Shown here piece after piece: positions 48,379 to 58,269 of a stretch of DNA of 64,000 bases. The stretch is from the NCBI GenBank assembly GCA_964618845.1, contig CAZUCU010000001.1, positions 468 to 64,467 of the forward strand, read 5' to 3'. A program made the translations under genes and the position numbers. Below the pieces are notes generated by a model, which had not been told where the DNA came from, ran no database searches, and was given only the letters and a program-made list of their open reading frames with translations. Numbering within the stretch: the stretch's first letter is position 1; each line of letters starts with the position of its first letter. This DNA comes from an uncultured Candidatus Saccharibacteria bacterium (lineage in GTDB: Bacteria; Patescibacteriota; Minisyncoccia; Phycocordibacterales; JAACPR01).

Positions 48379-49671
48379 TCAGTTTTTGTCAATCCAAAAA
48401 TCTTCCTGCCTCACCAATAATTCCTTTGCTTTTTCTTTGTTTTCTATAACTTCTTTTACAATCTTTTCCATTCTCATTGTTTGAGAGCCTTTTATCAAGA
48501 CAATACTTCTTTTATCTAAAAGTTCTTTTAATTTAAAAACTAATTTCTCATGTGTTTCAAAAGAAAAAACTTTTTCTTTCTCCATTCCAGAAATTAATAC
48601 TTCTTCAACAATAAACTCCGCTCTTTTACCAATAGTTAATAAGTAATCAAATTTTAATTCACAAATTAATTTTCCGATCATTCTGTGTTCATTAGCAGTA
48701 TATTTTCCAAGTTCTGACATGTCACCTAAAACCACTATCTTTGGTTTGACATTTTTTATTTTTGACAAAACTTTTAATGCTTCTTCAACGGCAACAGGAG
48801 AAGAATTATAACTATCGTCTATTATTGTGGAATTATTAATGCCCTTTAAAATTTTCATTCTGCCTGGAGCAGTAACATAGTTTGCAATAGAATTTAACAT
48901 TTTCACTACATCTATTTCATTTGATATTCCGCAAGCAAAAGCTATTAAAATTGGATAGATATGTTGCTTTCCTAAAACTCCCAAAATTTTGAAAGGCATG
49001 GAATTGTTTCCAAAATTAATTTTAAAATTGACTCCAATTGGATATTTGTTTTCATAGATTATATCAATATTAGAAGCTTTTATATCCGCATCTAAATCAA
49101 TCCCATAGGTGATAACTCGACTTTTGATCTCGTTTTTTATCTCCATTATAAGAGGGTCATCAGCATTCAAAATGGCGTGACCATCTTTCTTAAGGCCTTT
49201 TATCATTTTTTTATCTTCATCATTTAATTCTTTTGGAGAAGAAAAATATTCAACATGAACAGGCACCTTCGGAAATCTGGTAAAAACAGCAATATCTATT
49301 TTTATCCAACTTATAAGTTTATCCATATCTTTTGGGTGATCAGTACCCAATTCCAAAACTAACCATTTAGGATATTTTTTATTAAATAAAACCAAAAATC
49401 CTTCAGAGATATTTATCAACCATTTAAATAAATTATGATATCCATTTTCTAATCCTAAAATAGTCAATGGAACTCCAATCTCACTATTAAAACTTTTTTG
49501 GTTTTTTCTTATGTATAGAGAACCAGACAAAGCAGAAAAAATAGCATCTTTTGCAGAAGTTTTTCCAACACTACCAGAAACACCAATTATTTTGGGTTTA
49601 AATCTCTTTAAAACCATTTTGGATTCTAATTTCAATATAAAAATGATAATTTTTTTTAATATTTCTTTCAT
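48379..49671 (-). CDS. murF: Mur ligase, most likely UDP-MurNAc-tripeptide--D-Ala-D-Ala ligase MurF (MurE not excluded)
   Basis: P-loop GVSGSVGKTSAKDAI. Mur ligase middle and C-terminal domains. Located after ftsI in the cell-division gene block. 430 aa. Confidence 0.7.
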   Translation of the reverse strand: MKEILKKIIIFILKLESKMVLKRFKPKIIGVSGSVGKTSAKDAIFSALSGSLYIRKNQKSFNSEIGVPLTILGLENGYHNLFKWLINISEGFLVLFNKKYPKWLVLELGTDHPKDMDKLISWIKIDIAVFTRFPKVPVHVEYFSSPKELNDEDKKMIKGLKKDGHAILNADDPLIMEIKNEIKSRVITYGIDLDADIKASNIDIIYENKYPIGVNFKINFGNNSMPFKILGVLGKQHIYPILIAFACGISNEIDVVKMLNSIANYVTAPGRMKILKGINNSTIIDDSYNSSPVAVEEALKVLSKIKNVKPKIVVLGDMSELGKYTANEHRMIGKLICELKFDYLLTIGKRAEFIVEEVLISGMEKEKVFSFETHEKLVFKLKELLDKRSIVLIKGSQTMRMEKIVKEVIENKEKAKELLVRQEDFWIDKN

Positions 49672-49672
49672 A

Positions 49673-51373
49673 TTATCTATCTGGTTCTATTTGATAATAA
49701 TTTATCAAATATTTCACAATTTCACTAAAAGGTAAAGTCAAAGAATCAGCAGAATATAAAACTCCGTGTGGTTCAACTGCATAAAGTAAAATTATAAACT
49801 TGGGATCAAAAGCAGGAAAATATCCTATAAAGGAATGTAGATATTTATCTTCTGAATATTTTCCATTTTCTACAACTTGAGCAGTCCCTGTTTTGGCTGC
49901 AATTGAATAATTCTTCATAGAAATTTTTCCTCCCAAAAGAGCTTCGTCTACTGCCTTTACCAACATAGAAGAAACTTGAGCTGTAGTTTCTCCATTAAAG
50001 ATTTTTATTTTTTCTTTTGGTTTTATTTCTTCCTCCTTGTTTAAGGAATATTTAATTGATTTTACGACATGTGGATAAATCAAATAACCACCATTTGCCA
50101 ATGTATTTAAAGCTCTTATTGTTTGAATAGGAGAAACCGCTATTCCCTGTCCAAAAGAAGCACTTGCTATTTCTATACTTCGCAAAGAATTCAAATTATC
50201 AATTTTTGATCCTACTTCATTTGGTAAATCGATCTCTGTTTTTTGATCAAAGATTTTTTTTATATAATCTCTAAATTTTGATTCTCCTACTAATAAGGCC
50301 ACATGAGCTGCTCCCAAATTAAGAGATTTGTTCAAAACTTCTTGCATATTAACTACACCATGGGGCTTTTTATCATGATTATAAAAAGTTTCTCCATTTA
50401 GGGTCATACTACCCAAATCATTATATGTACTATTAGGAGATATTTTATTTTCTTCAATACCAATCGCAATTGTCAGTGGTTTAATAATTGATCCCATCTG
50501 ATAAATACTCTCTACAATATCATTATTAAAGATAGAGACATTTTCTTCTTTACCAAAATTATTTAAATCAAAAGTTGGATTTAGAGCCATAGCATAGATT
50601 TCTCCATTTTCTGGATTCATTATAATAATACCAACCTTTTGTGGATTCCACTGTTTATTTATTTTAGAAATGGTTTCTTCTGCAAATGTTTGGACATTTG
50701 GTTCTATAGTTAAAACAATAGACTCTAAATTTTCTTTTGTGTTCTTTTTCTCATTTGGTCTCGAAAAAAGTTGCACAAAAAAATTTTTAAACAAGACATT
50801 TTTTTCCTTTATTAGTAAGTCATTAAACTGCCTTTCTAAACCATATGTCCCAGTTAAATTATCACCCCTATATGACAAAAACCCTATTATATGAGCTGCT
50901 AATTCTTTACCGGGATAAAATCTAAATTTTTTCTCATCATTAGAGATTCCTTGTAATCTTAATTTCATTACCCTCTCTGTGATTTCTTTACTTACATTAT
51001 TTGCAATCAATTCTGAACTATCATTTTTTTTCGTTGCTTTAACAAAAAATTCCTCGGCGTTTAGGCTTATTTCTGCTGACAAAATATTAAAAACGTCTTC
51101 TGGATTTTTGATAACTCTTGGATCAATAAAAATATTATAATTTGATTTATCGATCGCTGCAAAAAATTCTTTTCCATCTTTATATTTTAAAATAATAGCT
51201 CCCCTATCAATATAATCTGGAGAAAATTCTACATATTGTTTATTTGAAATTTCTTTATAAGAATCAAATTTATTAACTTGTAAATCATAAAGTTTAAAAA
51301 TAATTAAGATAAAAAAAATGGCAAAAAATAAAGTAAATAATCTTATCCAAAATATACTAATTTGAGATTGCAT
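49673..51373 (-). CDS. ftsI: Penicillin-binding protein transpeptidase (FtsI/PBP3-like)
   Basis: N-terminal TM. SIIK (SxxK) and KTGTAQV (KTG) motifs. Position between ftsL and murF. Confidence 0.85.
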   Translation of the reverse strand: MQSQISIFWIRLFTLFFAIFFILIIFKLYDLQVNKFDSYKEISNKQYVEFSPDYIDRGAIILKYKDGKEFFAAIDKSNYNIFIDPRVIKNPEDVFNILSAEISLNAEEFFVKATKKNDSSELIANNVSKEITERVMKLRLQGISNDEKKFRFYPGKELAAHIIGFLSYRGDNLTGTYGLERQFNDLLIKEKNVLFKNFFVQLFSRPNEKKNTKENLESIVLTIEPNVQTFAEETISKINKQWNPQKVGIIIMNPENGEIYAMALNPTFDLNNFGKEENVSIFNNDIVESIYQMGSIIKPLTIAIGIEENKISPNSTYNDLGSMTLNGETFYNHDKKPHGVVNMQEVLNKSLNLGAAHVALLVGESKFRDYIKKIFDQKTEIDLPNEVGSKIDNLNSLRSIEIASASFGQGIAVSPIQTIRALNTLANGGYLIYPHVVKSIKYSLNKEEEIKPKEKIKIFNGETTAQVSSMLVKAVDEALLGGKISMKNYSIAAKTGTAQVVENGKYSEDKYLHSFIGYFPAFDPKFIILLYAVEPHGVLYSADSLTLPFSEIVKYLINYYQIEPDR

Positions 51374-51677
51374 TTATAGCAGTTTTTGGATTCTTTTTAA
51401 TAAAAACGATATCAGAAATTTCAACAAAACCATTTTCTAAAGCCATTTCTCTATTTATTGTTCTTTTAACATCTACCATTTGAAATTCTGTTTCACTTAT
51501 TTGTGATTTTATATCAGAAATTTTCTCTTCTAAATTTTGAATACTAATAGCATAAGAGATTGATAATTGATATGAATATATATAAATAAAAATTGAAACA
51601 ACAATAAAAATTATAGACAAAAATGATAAGTTATATGTTGATAAAATATTTATTTTTAGGTTTTTTGTTTTATTCAT
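51357..51677 (-). CDS. ftsL: FtsL-like cell division protein (small bitopic coiled-coil protein)
   Basis: 106 aa. One TM followed by a coiled coil. Position between rsmH and ftsI. Confidence 0.5.
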   Translation of the reverse strand: MNKTKNLKINILSTYNLSFLSIIFIVVSIFIYIYSYQLSISYAISIQNLEEKISDIKSQISETEFQMVDVKRTINREMALENGFVEISDIVFIKKNPKTAINAISN

Positions 51678-52569
51678 ATAATTTTTCTAATATTCTTAAT
51701 TTTGCACTTCTTGATCTTGAGTTATTTTCTAATTCACTTTTCTTCGGAATTATTGGCTTTTTATTAATTCTTTTGGCCCTTTTAGTCTTTTCTTTATGGA
51801 TCATAAATCTTTTTACAATCCTATCTTCTATAGAATGAAAAGAAATTACTAACAATCTGCCTCCCTTTTTTAAGTAATCAAAAGTTTTGTTCAAAGTAAT
51901 AGATAGACCATCAAATTCATCGTTTACAACAATTCTAAGTGCTTGAAAAGTCTTTGTTGCTGGATGAATTTTTCCATAATGATAAAATTTTGGGGTTGCT
52001 TTTTTAATTATATCTACTAATTCAAAAGTGGTTTTTATTTCCTTGGTTTTTCTTTCATCCACAATTTTTTTAGCAATTTTTTTAGCATACTTCTCTTCTC
52101 CAAAACCATAAATAATATCTGCTAATGACTCTTCACTAAAAGTATTAACAATCATCTTTGCTGTTAAATCCGAGGATTCCAGATTCTTTTTCATTGTCAT
52201 AAGTAGTGGTTCATCTTTTTGAAAAGTAAAACCCCTACCCGAAGATTCTAATTGTTCAGAACTAATTCCCAGATCAAGTAAAAATGCGTCAACTTTTTCA
52301 ACACCATTTTTATCTAAAATTTTATCAAATTGAGTGTTAGAGGATTTTTCCAAAATAATTTTAGATTTTGAGTTTTCCAAATAATTAGCAGATCTTTTAA
52401 TAGCATCAATATCTTTATCAATTCCGATTATAATTAGATTATTCAAACCTAATTTAGAAACCGCTTGGCTATGCCCCGCACTACCCAGAGTTAAATCTAC
52501 AAAAACAGCATTATCTTTTAATTTTAGATTTTCTATTACTTCTTGTAAAAGAACAGGTTTGTGTCTCAT
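51670..52569 (-). CDS. rsmH: 16S rRNA (cytosine1402-N4)-methyltransferase RsmH (MraW)
   Basis: MRHKPVLLQEVIENL ... VDLTLGSAGHSQAV SAM-binding block. 299 aa. Confidence 0.9.
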   Translation of the reverse strand: MRHKPVLLQEVIENLKLKDNAVFVDLTLGSAGHSQAVSKLGLNNLIIIGIDKDIDAIKRSANYLENSKSKIILEKSSNTQFDKILDKNGVEKVDAFLLDLGISSEQLESSGRGFTFQKDEPLLMTMKKNLESSDLTAKMIVNTFSEESLADIIYGFGEEKYAKKIAKKIVDERKTKEIKTTFELVDIIKKATPKFYHYGKIHPATKTFQALRIVVNDEFDGLSITLNKTFDYLKKGGRLLVISFHSIEDRIVKRFMIHKEKTKRAKRINKKPIIPKKSELENNSRSRSAKLRILEKLYE

Positions 52570-52571
52570 GT

Positions 52572-53006
52572 TTAAATTGCTCCTATTTCCCCCAATTTTT
52601 CTGCCATTTGATCAGCATTCTTGGTAACTTGAAATTTGTACTTTTCCCAACTATCTTCATCCCAAACTTCAATTCGATTGTATACACCAGCAAAAACAAC
52701 TTTAGTTTTTATGTTTGCAAATTTTTTTAAATTTTCTGGAATTAATATTCTTCCAACGGAATCAACATTTATTTCTGTTGCTCCTGACAAGAAAAAACGA
52801 TTAAATCCTCTTTTATCTGCTTGTCCCATTCCAAGCTCTCCAACTTTGGATGCAATTTTTTCCCATCCTTTAACAGGATAGATAAAGAGACAATTATCTA
52901 ATCCTTGTGTAATGATTAATCTTTTTCCAAGCACACTTCTAAACTTACTAGGAAGTGAAATCCTTTTTTTTTCATCAAGTGTGTGTTTGTACTCTCCGAT
53001 TAACAT
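52572..53006 (-). CDS. mraZ: Transcriptional regulator MraZ
   Basis: MLIGEYKHTLDEKKRISLPSKFR. Duplicated SpoVT/AbrB-like halves. 144 aa. Confidence 0.85.
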   Translation of the reverse strand: MLIGEYKHTLDEKKRISLPSKFRSVLGKRLIITQGLDNCLFIYPVKGWEKIASKVGELGMGQADKRGFNRFFLSGATEINVDSVGRILIPENLKKFANIKTKVVFAGVYNRIEVWDEDSWEKYKFQVTKNADQMAEKLGEIGAI

Positions 53007-53160
53007 TTCATATATTTACCACTTTATCCCACTTGATTAATATTATAACCCACTATTTAACATTTTGCACAAATAGTTATCCACAGCATAAGACGAAGCG
53101 CAAAATAAAAAATTCAAAATTCAAAATAAAATTTATTTTCTTTTTTTAGTGAGAACTGAT

Positions 53161-53321
53161 CTTCCCAAAATAAAATTAAATATCTTTCGAGAACCGTGTT
53201 TGAGCGGGAGGATGATTATATTTTTTATAAAGCATATACCCCGTCTGACGGGGTGTAACGAAAATGGCAATCGTGTCTAGAGCGAGTTTTCGAGAAAGAT
53301 ATATAATTTTATTTTGGGAGG
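53161..53321. mobile_element. MITE-like element: about 34-bp imperfect terminal inverted repeats (CTTCCCAAAATAAAATTAAATATCTTTCGAGAAC) flanking about 90 bp that contain a CCCCGTCTGACGGGG hairpin
   Basis: Arms at 53161-53194 and 53286-53321 match in about 30 of 34 positions as reverse complements. The internal hairpin belongs to the CCCGT-loop-ACGGG family. Confidence 0.45.
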
Positions 53322-53322
53322 A

Positions 53323-54798
53323 TTATTCGAGTCGTGGTTTCATTAAAGGAAAGAGTTGTGTTTCTCTTATGGGTTTATCTATCAAAAAAGCAAAGAGCCT
53401 TTCTCCTACTCCAAAACCAAAATTAGGTGGCATTCCATATTCAAGCATTTCAACAAATTCATTGTCACTCATCATTGCTTCTTTGTCTCCTTCCTTTATT
53501 AATTTATTTTGAATATCAAAACGATTTTTTTGATCAATAGGATCATTTAACTCTGCGTGGGCTCTACCAATTTCACTTCCAGCAATTATAATCTGAAACA
53601 TTTCTGTCTTTCTATTATCTTTTTCGTTTTCTTTTGAAAGTGGAGCAACGAGTTTTGGATGATTTACCAAAAAAACAGGACCTGAAATGTTTTTTCTACA
53701 ATATTTCCAAAGAGCATCGGTCATTCTTTCTTTGTTTTTTCCTTCAAATTTTATTTCCAATTTTTCAAGAACTTTTTCCATTTCATTTTCATTTGCTTCC
53801 AAAACATCAACTCCTGTTTGTTTTTTAACTTCATCAACATAATCAATTTCTTTCCACTCAGAAGCCAAATCAAATTTATGACCTCTTGTTTTAAACTTAG
53901 TTTTTCCAAAAACATCTTCCGCAATTTTTATATATAAATCTCTAACAAGCTTTTTCCCCTCTTCCAAATTCATATAGGAAGCATAAAATTCCATATTAGT
54001 AAATTCTTGTAAGTGTTCTGCGCTCCCCCCTTCATTTCTAAAAATCCTTCCTATTTCAAAAGTTCTTGGAAATCCAGCTGCCATTAATCTTTTTTGCCAA
54101 AGTTCACCAACAGAAATTCGAAGATATATATCTATATCAAAATCATTATGATGAGTTTGAAACGGTCTTGCCTCTGCTCCTCCTGTTGTTATTTCCAAAT
54201 ATGGAGTCTCTACTTCTAAAAAATTTTTATTTAGCAAAAACTCTCTCATTGTTTGCCAAAATTTTGCTTTTTTGTAGAAAATCTTTTTTGCGTCATCATC
54301 AAACAATAAATCTAAATATCTTTTTCTAAATCTTTCATCTTCGTCTTTTATTCCATAAAAACTATCGGGAATTGGAAGAAGGGATTTGGTCAAAATTCTC
54401 CAAGATACAACATCCAGACTTTCTTGCCCAGATTTTGTAATAAAAGGTTTTCCTTTTACTTCAATAAAATCTCCAATGTCTACAGTGTCTTTAAAAAGAA
54501 TAAAGGCATCTTCTATTTCTTTATCAAAATAAGAAATATTGTTTTCTTTTTTTAAAACTATTTGAAATTTAGAGGTACCATCAAATATATCGACAAATAT
54601 TATCGCCCCTTGTCCACGTTGAGACATTATTCTACCAACAACTATTAGCTCTTGATTTTGTAATTTATCAAAATAATCAACAATCTCTTTGAGATTGTGG
54701 GTTTTTAATGACTTACTTGGATAAACATTTATCCCCAAAGTTTCTAATTTTTTTCTTTTTTTGAGCCTTATGGCTCGTAATTCTTCATGTGATGCCAT
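53323..54798 (-). CDS. lysS: Lysine--tRNA ligase (class II)
   Basis: N-terminal OB fold. Motif 2 FEIGRIFRNEG. Motif 3 region. 491 aa. Confidence 0.9.
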   Translation of the reverse strand: MASHEELRAIRLKKRKKLETLGINVYPSKSLKTHNLKEIVDYFDKLQNQELIVVGRIMSQRGQGAIIFVDIFDGTSKFQIVLKKENNISYFDKEIEDAFILFKDTVDIGDFIEVKGKPFITKSGQESLDVVSWRILTKSLLPIPDSFYGIKDEDERFRKRYLDLLFDDDAKKIFYKKAKFWQTMREFLLNKNFLEVETPYLEITTGGAEARPFQTHHNDFDIDIYLRISVGELWQKRLMAAGFPRTFEIGRIFRNEGGSAEHLQEFTNMEFYASYMNLEEGKKLVRDLYIKIAEDVFGKTKFKTRGHKFDLASEWKEIDYVDEVKKQTGVDVLEANENEMEKVLEKLEIKFEGKNKERMTDALWKYCRKNISGPVFLVNHPKLVAPLSKENEKDNRKTEMFQIIIAGSEIGRAHAELNDPIDQKNRFDIQNKLIKEGDKEAMMSDNEFVEMLEYGMPPNFGFGVGERLFAFLIDKPIRETQLFPLMKPRLE

Positions 54799-54813
54799 GA
54801 AAAGATTATACCA

Positions 54814-55278
54814 TTATTTTACATCAATAATCTTATATTCAATTTTTCCTCTTGCCGTTTTAAATTCAAAAGTCTCCCCCTTTTTCTTTCCAAGAATAGA
54901 CTGGCCAAGAGGAGATTGGTTAGAGATTTTATTTTGAGTAATGTCAGCTTCTTCTGAACCCACAATAACAAAAGTTTGCTTCTCTGAAGAGGGGGTTCTG
55001 AGGACAACAACTTGTGAACCAATTTCTACAGTATTACTTTTTTTATGCTCAACAATTTCTGAGCTTTTCAAAATATTTTCTATTTGAGAAATTCGAAATT
55101 CTATTTGCGCTTGTCTATCACGGGCTTCATGATACTCAGCATTTTCTGATAAATCACCCATACCTTTTGCGACTTGCAATTGTTCTGCAATTTCTCTTCT
55201 TTTATTTGTCTGAAGTTCTGCTAATTCAGCTTGCAATTCTTCAAATTTTTCTTTTGTTAAATATTCTTTTTCCTCCAT
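54814..55278 (-). CDS. greA: Transcription elongation factor GreA
   Basis: Coiled-coil N-terminus with DLSENAEYHEARD. FKBP-like C-terminus. 154 aa. Confidence 0.9.
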   Translation of the reverse strand: MEEKEYLTKEKFEELQAELAELQTNKRREIAEQLQVAKGMGDLSENAEYHEARDRQAQIEFRISQIENILKSSEIVEHKKSNTVEIGSQVVVLRTPSSEKQTFVIVGSEEADITQNKISNQSPLGQSILGKKKGETFEFKTARGKIEYKIIDVK

Positions 55279-55410
55279 TAAAATATAAGTAAATAATAAT
55301 TAAAGAGACATTATACTTTTTTTCTTTTAGAAGTAAAGGACTTTTTTCAGTTAACACTCTGAGGTGACAAATTGGCTTTTTAAAGGTAACAAGTGTTAGC
55401 CAAAAAAATA

Positions 55411-57099
55411 TTAAAGATATTCCTGTCTATAAAGATTCATCCATTCAAAAACCTGTTTCATCACGGCAACTCCTCCTACCAGATTGACTGTGCCCCCCCT
55501 TTCCATTATGACAACAAAAGCGTACTTTGGATTTTCATAAGGGAAAAAACCAATAAGAGATGAGTTAACTTTATCTTTTAAAATTCCGATTTCTGCAGTA
55601 CCAGTTTTGGCTGCTACTTTTACAAAAGGAAAGTCTAAACTTTTTACCCTGCCATCAGTAACTGCTAAACGCATTCCTTCTTTTACGGTTTTATAAACCC
55701 AAGGTTCAATATAGTTTAATTCTCTTTCAACTTCTGAATTAGAATTCAATAAAATTTTTGGTTTCAAAATCTTCCCTTCATTTGCTATCATAGCAACTCC
55801 CCTAACAGCTTGAATTGGGGTAATTTGAAAGCCATATTGTCCAATAGAAGTAAAATAAGTATCCCCAAGACGCCAGATATCACCATCAAAATTTTCTGAT
55901 TTCCATTTTGGATTCGGCACTGTACCAGAAAGCATTGAAGAAATTTCTCCGTTTACAGGATTTCCAAAACCATAATCTCTCATATATTTTTCAATTCTTG
56001 AAATACCCAAACCCTCTATGTCTTCATATCCTCCTCCAACAACATAAAAATAAATATTAGAAGAAACGGCCAATGCTTCTTTTATATTTACTGGTCCATA
56101 AGCTTGAAAATCACTAAAATAACTTGGATTATCAGGGTCATAAGGATTTGGAACTACCAACTCGCCTTTGGAGACAATTTTTGTAGTCGGATCAATAACT
56201 TTTTCATTTAAGGCTGCTAATGCCATAAAGGGTTTGACTATAGACCCAGGAGTATAAAGACCCTGAATGGCTCGATTTAAAAAAGGATTTCGAGAATCTG
56301 AACTTATTTGTTTTAAATATTCTTGATCCCCATCCGTTAATTTATTTGAATTAATTTCTGGATAAGTAGTTAAAGCCAAAATTTGTCCTGTATTAACATC
56401 CATTATAATCGCGCTACCACCTACATAACCGACATTATCCGCAATTTCTTTTACTGATTGATACAACTTTTCTTGTAAACCTAAATCTATACTCAATTTT
56501 ATACTATCACCTTGTTTGGGATTTAAAATCACATTCTTAGAAATAATTTCATCCAGCGCATTGGTTTCAACAATTGTCGTTCCATTTATACCAGATAAAA
56601 TATCATCAAATATTTTTTCGACACCATCAATTCCTCTATAATTTAGCTCGTAATAAAAACCTTTACTATCTTTTTTGGGATATTTTATATAACCAATTAG
56701 ATTTCCTATTCCATCTTTTTTGGCATAAATTCTTTTGGCAAAATCATTATCTTTTTGTGGTTCATTCCATGCTATCAATTCTCCATTCCGATCTAAAATA
56801 TTTCCCCTACTTGCAAAGATAACTGAGTGATTTAACCGATTATTTTCGCTCAAATTTTGGTAAGTTTGGCCTTCTATTATCTGTAATTTAAAAATTCTGT
56901 ATGACAAAAAACACAAAATAAAAAAGAAAAAAAGGGATAAAAATCGAATAGATTTTTTTGAAACAGGTTTTTCAATCCTTCCTTCAAATTGATCTTTATC
57001 AAATTCAGGTAAATTTTGAGAATCTAAAAAAATTTCATCAGGATCAATATTTTTATTGTAGATTCTTTTTTCTTTTTTATTTAAAAATTTTTTAATCAT
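55411..57099 (-). CDS. mrdA: Penicillin-binding protein 2 (elongation-specific transpeptidase)
   Basis: N-terminal TM. SIVKP (SxxK) and KTGTAE (KTG) motifs. Adjacent to mreBCD. 562 aa. Confidence 0.85.
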   Translation of the reverse strand: MIKKFLNKKEKRIYNKNIDPDEIFLDSQNLPEFDKDQFEGRIEKPVSKKSIRFLSLFFFFILCFLSYRIFKLQIIEGQTYQNLSENNRLNHSVIFASRGNILDRNGELIAWNEPQKDNDFAKRIYAKKDGIGNLIGYIKYPKKDSKGFYYELNYRGIDGVEKIFDDILSGINGTTIVETNALDEIISKNVILNPKQGDSIKLSIDLGLQEKLYQSVKEIADNVGYVGGSAIIMDVNTGQILALTTYPEINSNKLTDGDQEYLKQISSDSRNPFLNRAIQGLYTPGSIVKPFMALAALNEKVIDPTTKIVSKGELVVPNPYDPDNPSYFSDFQAYGPVNIKEALAVSSNIYFYVVGGGYEDIEGLGISRIEKYMRDYGFGNPVNGEISSMLSGTVPNPKWKSENFDGDIWRLGDTYFTSIGQYGFQITPIQAVRGVAMIANEGKILKPKILLNSNSEVERELNYIEPWVYKTVKEGMRLAVTDGRVKSLDFPFVKVAAKTGTAEIGILKDKVNSSLIGFFPYENPKYAFVVIMERGGTVNLVGGVAVMKQVFEWMNLYRQEYL

Positions 57100-57100
57100 T

Positions 57101-57355
57101 TTAGTAGATAATTAAATTCTTTTTAAAATTTAAAACTAAAAACAAAAGAATTATCGCGAATAAAGTTATTGGATACGGAAAATCCAAAATATACATGCTC
57201 CCATACAAAACATCTGCCAAAATAGCAATAATAATAATTTCATAAAATTTATCAAAATAAAATAATGAGGCCAAGGACAAAATTAAGACTAACCACCAAG
57301 GAAAAACAAAAAAAGAAAAAATTAACAAAACACCCAAAATTACCCTTAAAATCAT
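57101..57355 (-). CDS. Possible MreD-like small polytopic membrane protein
   Basis: 84 aa with two or three TM helices. Lies between mreC and PBP2. Shorter than typical MreD. Confidence 0.3.
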   Translation of the reverse strand: MILRVILGVLLIFSFFVFPWWLVLILSLASLFYFDKFYEIIIIAILADVLYGSMYILDFPYPITLFAIILLFLVLNFKKNLIIY

Positions 57356-57431
57356 AGAAGTATTTTAGCACAAAAAATATATTAGTGGGTATTTATTTTT
57401 AGTATAAATTTAATCTATAATATTAAATATC

Positions 57432-58223
57432 TCATTGGGAATCGTTTGGGGGGTTTTCTACTGAAACATAATTTATATCTCTAAAATCAATTGGAATATT
57501 AAAAAGAGCCTTTTTAAATAAATCATCTGAGGTAGAAGTTATTTTATTTATTACACCAAGTAAAATAATTTCATTTTCTGGATAAATTATAGGGTCCCCT
57601 TCTTTTATTTCAACATCTTTTGGTAAAATCATTTCATATTGTCCGCTTCCTTTTCCCAAGGCCTCAAATTGATTCCCATCAATTAGTTTTGCAGGTATTT
57701 TTGATTCAGAAGCAGAATAAAGTTTTGCGATAGCAATATTATCTCCTATTTCAACAATTTCACCCAAAATTACATTTTGATAATAGATTTTTTGTCCAAT
57801 TTTGGACTCATCAAATTTTCCCCCTAAAAGAAAATTGTCAAAACTAGAAAAAGGGGGTTTTAAAATCACTTTTGCTAACAAAGAATCTTTGGATTTTTCT
57901 TCTTTTTGAAAAAGTAAATCATTATACTCTTTTTTTAAAATTATATTTGACAAAACTTCAATTTTAAGATTTAGATTTTCTCTTTTTAAGAGCTGATTTT
58001 CTTTTTCCATTTTTTGTTTAGAAGAGAAAAAAAAGGAAATATTTGAAAAAGGTTTTAAAACTACCTCTTTGATATTCAAAATTGGTCCGGACATTAGCAA
58101 AGTAACTTTGTGAAGTGGTTTCCACTTAAAATAATTAAAAATAAGAAAAATAATTATCAAAATAACTATAAAAAATCGAAAAAAACTTTTTTTGTCTTTT
58201 CGACTTTTTTTAATATTCGTCAT
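57432..58223 (-). CDS. mreC: Rod shape-determining protein MreC
   Basis: N-terminal TM, a coiled coil (KMEKENQLLKRENLNLKIEVL), a C-terminal beta-domain. Immediately downstream of mreB. Confidence 0.55.
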   Translation of the reverse strand: MTNIKKSRKDKKSFFRFFIVILIIIFLIFNYFKWKPLHKVTLLMSGPILNIKEVVLKPFSNISFFFSSKQKMEKENQLLKRENLNLKIEVLSNIILKKEYNDLLFQKEEKSKDSLLAKVILKPPFSSFDNFLLGGKFDESKIGQKIYYQNVILGEIVEIGDNIAIAKLYSASESKIPAKLIDGNQFEALGKGSGQYEMILPKDVEIKEGDPIIYPENEIILLGVINKITSTSDDLFKKALFNIPIDFRDINYVSVENPPNDSQ

Positions 58224-58269
58224 GAACCAATTATATCAAAAAAATTATAATGTTCCGAATCTAAAAAAA

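Noticed and set aside
53007-53160. MraZ operator direct repeats upstream of mraZ
   Set aside because: I looked for a series of GTGGG / TGGGN direct repeats with regular spacing and found only isolated TGGGA-like words. The AAATTCAAAATTCAAAAT array there belongs to the heptamer-repeat family instead.
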